Shown here in pieces: positions 62,650-64,000 of a DNA stretch of 64,000 nucleotides. A model generated the notes under the pieces. The model saw only the letters and a program-made list of their open reading frames with translations, did no database searches and had not been told where the DNA came from. This stretch comes from an uncultured Spirochaetota bacterium (GTDB taxonomy: Bacteria; Spirochaetota; Brevinematia; Brevinematales; JAOACQ01): assembly GCA_963783575.1 (NCBI GenBank), contig CAWAOD010000014.1:288001-352000 (forward strand). The letters are read 5' to 3'. The translations under genes were made by a program, and so were the position numbers. Position 1 is the first letter of the stretch, and the number at the start of each line of letters is the position of its first letter.

Positions 62650-63578
62650 TGTTCCAATAAAAGATATTTATGAAGATTTTACAATAACCGATAATATTTG
62701 GCTTACTACTAATGATAAAAAGAACAGTTTCAATTTTTTTAAAAAAGAAAATAAAAAAGAACTGGTTCTTATTGCTAATAATGAAAGCAGGGATTATGAT
62801 TTTTTAAAACAGAAAATGTCGCAAGATCTCAAGGATTGGTTTCATAGCGTTATCGGGCTAAACAATTGCATTAGCGCTTATTATATTAATTCAAGCGATA
62901 ATTCCATTCAAACGGTAAATAAATCCGATATTTTCCCTGTTTTATTTAAAAGAAAAGATAAAAAATTCATATTTATCGATAAAAATATTCTTGAACTGCC
63001 GATTGATAATGGGGATGCTCTTGTGGGATTTAATAATAATATTACAAATAATCATATTGAAAAATTATCTCAATTAATTTATAATTCAAAAGAAATATCT
63101 TATCCATTTCTCAAAGTTATCCAATCAGCCTTAAGCCACCTGGGAGAAAAATCCAAACCTATTTTTTTGATTGATGTATCATCACACCAGTCTTATTCAT
63201 TTCCTATAAAGTCAACTTTGAAAACAGTCAGCCTGACAATCGATATGATAAGAGATAAAGTGTTGAAGCATTATTCGGAAAAGATATGGCAGATAGAAAC
63301 AGTACTGGCATGAAGCCCTGGTTAATGCTATTACTTATGGAAATGAAATGGATTTTAACAAATTTGTAACAGTAAAATATGAAATTGGGGAAAAGGGGTT
63401 GAGGGTAATAATCAAAGACAGCGGTGATGGATTTGACACAAAAAATATTTCCGTACCTGTCGGGAATGAAGCGCTTGAATGGATTTCCGGTCGAGGGATT
63501 TATATTATGAAAAAGTTTTCTGATGCTATGTATTATAATGAAAAAGGGAATGAAGTAATGCTGTTTTTCAATTTTTGA
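62627..63578 (+). pseudogene. RsbW-like anti-sigma/HATPase protein split by an apparent 1-nt insertion near 63308
   Basis: Removing one G gives IETVL-HEALVNAITYGNEMD..IKDSGDGFD..SGRGIYIM (N-box, G1, G2). Confidence 0.75.
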
Positions 63579-63636
63579 TTTTTTTCATTACCGATGTTAA
63601 AATAAAAGTATTAATAATTACTGTATGGAGGATATT

Positions 63637-63819
63637 ATGGCTGTTGTTATCGATGTGGAAACATGTATCGGTTGCGGCGTTTGTGAAAGTGTTTATCCGG
63701 ATCTTTTCGAAATGACAGATGACGGTAAAGCAAAGGTAAAAAATCTATCAGGATATGATGCAGATTTGGCTAACGATGCGGCCTCACAGTGCCCTGTCAA
63801 TGCCATAGCTGTTGGATAA
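63637..63819 (+). CDS. Ferredoxin (single cluster)
   Basis: CIGCGVC..CPVNAI; GGAGG RBS before ATG 63637. Confidence 0.92.
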   Translation: MAVVIDVETCIGCGVCESVYPDLFEMTDDGKAKVKNLSGYDADLANDAASQCPVNAIAVG

Positions 63820-63820
63820 A

Positions 63821-63879
63821 ACAATAAGCCGGACACGATTATCTATGAATAATGATAATGTTGTCCGGTTTTTTATTGT
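63821..63879 (+). terminator. Long stem-loop after ferredoxin
   Basis: ACAATAA/TTATTGT, CCGGACA/TGTCCGG, ATTATC/GATAAT nested stems with a T-run. Confidence 0.55.
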
Positions 63880-63915
63880 AAATAATGCCAGAATAGTTCA
63901 TTATTGGGAATTTTT

Positions 63916-64000
63916 ATGAACGCAAGAAAATTGAAAGAAATTATCAAACAGGAAAAGTTGGTTCCAATTTTGAGAATTAAATCCCAGGACTGTGTTATGG
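63916..64000 (+). CDS. Start of probable KDPG/KHG aldolase (truncated by window)
   Basis: MNARKLKEIIKQEKLVPILRIKS resembles the Eda N-terminus; only 28 codons visible. Confidence 0.45.
   Translation, partial: MNARKLKEIIKQEKLVPILRIKSQDCVM

Overview
AT-rich bacterial chromosome segment. Gene content suggests an anaerobic diderm, possibly a spirochaete (inference only). In order: the 5' part of an in-frame GalT-GalK fusion; a DmkA/Ndh2/DmkB-like quinone-NADH dehydrogenase triad whose Ndh2 carries four tandem flavinylation-like motifs; a PadR gene plus LolCDE/MacB-like ABC, LolA-like and OMP operon interrupted at a Shine-Dalgarno site by an IS110 element (readable ends, circle-junction promoter, bridge-RNA-like region, nonsense-inactivated recombinase); a PHP/CCA/TPR/CYTH-CHAD operon; an Opp ABC transporter; recQ, an HD-GYP-like gene, guaB, dapB, ygiQ; an accessory stretch (WD40 protein, umuD-SRAP-umuC, MITE-like and hairpin elements, YHS protein, GGDEF remnant); GlpA/B-like oxidoreductases, etfBA plus acyl-CoA dehydrogenase, an aminotransferase, bioY with a BirA box, a PAS-GGDEF cyclase, a P-loop kinase-dCMP deaminase fusion, a 982-aa unknown, ftsW, DJ-1, a CDP-alcohol phosphotransferase, a miniature flagellin-like protein next to a NeuB-family synthase, a frameshifted RsbW-like gene, ferredoxin and the start of a probable KDPG aldolase. 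No rRNA, tRNA or CRISPR array was seen. All calls come from motif recognition by eye; no database search was run.
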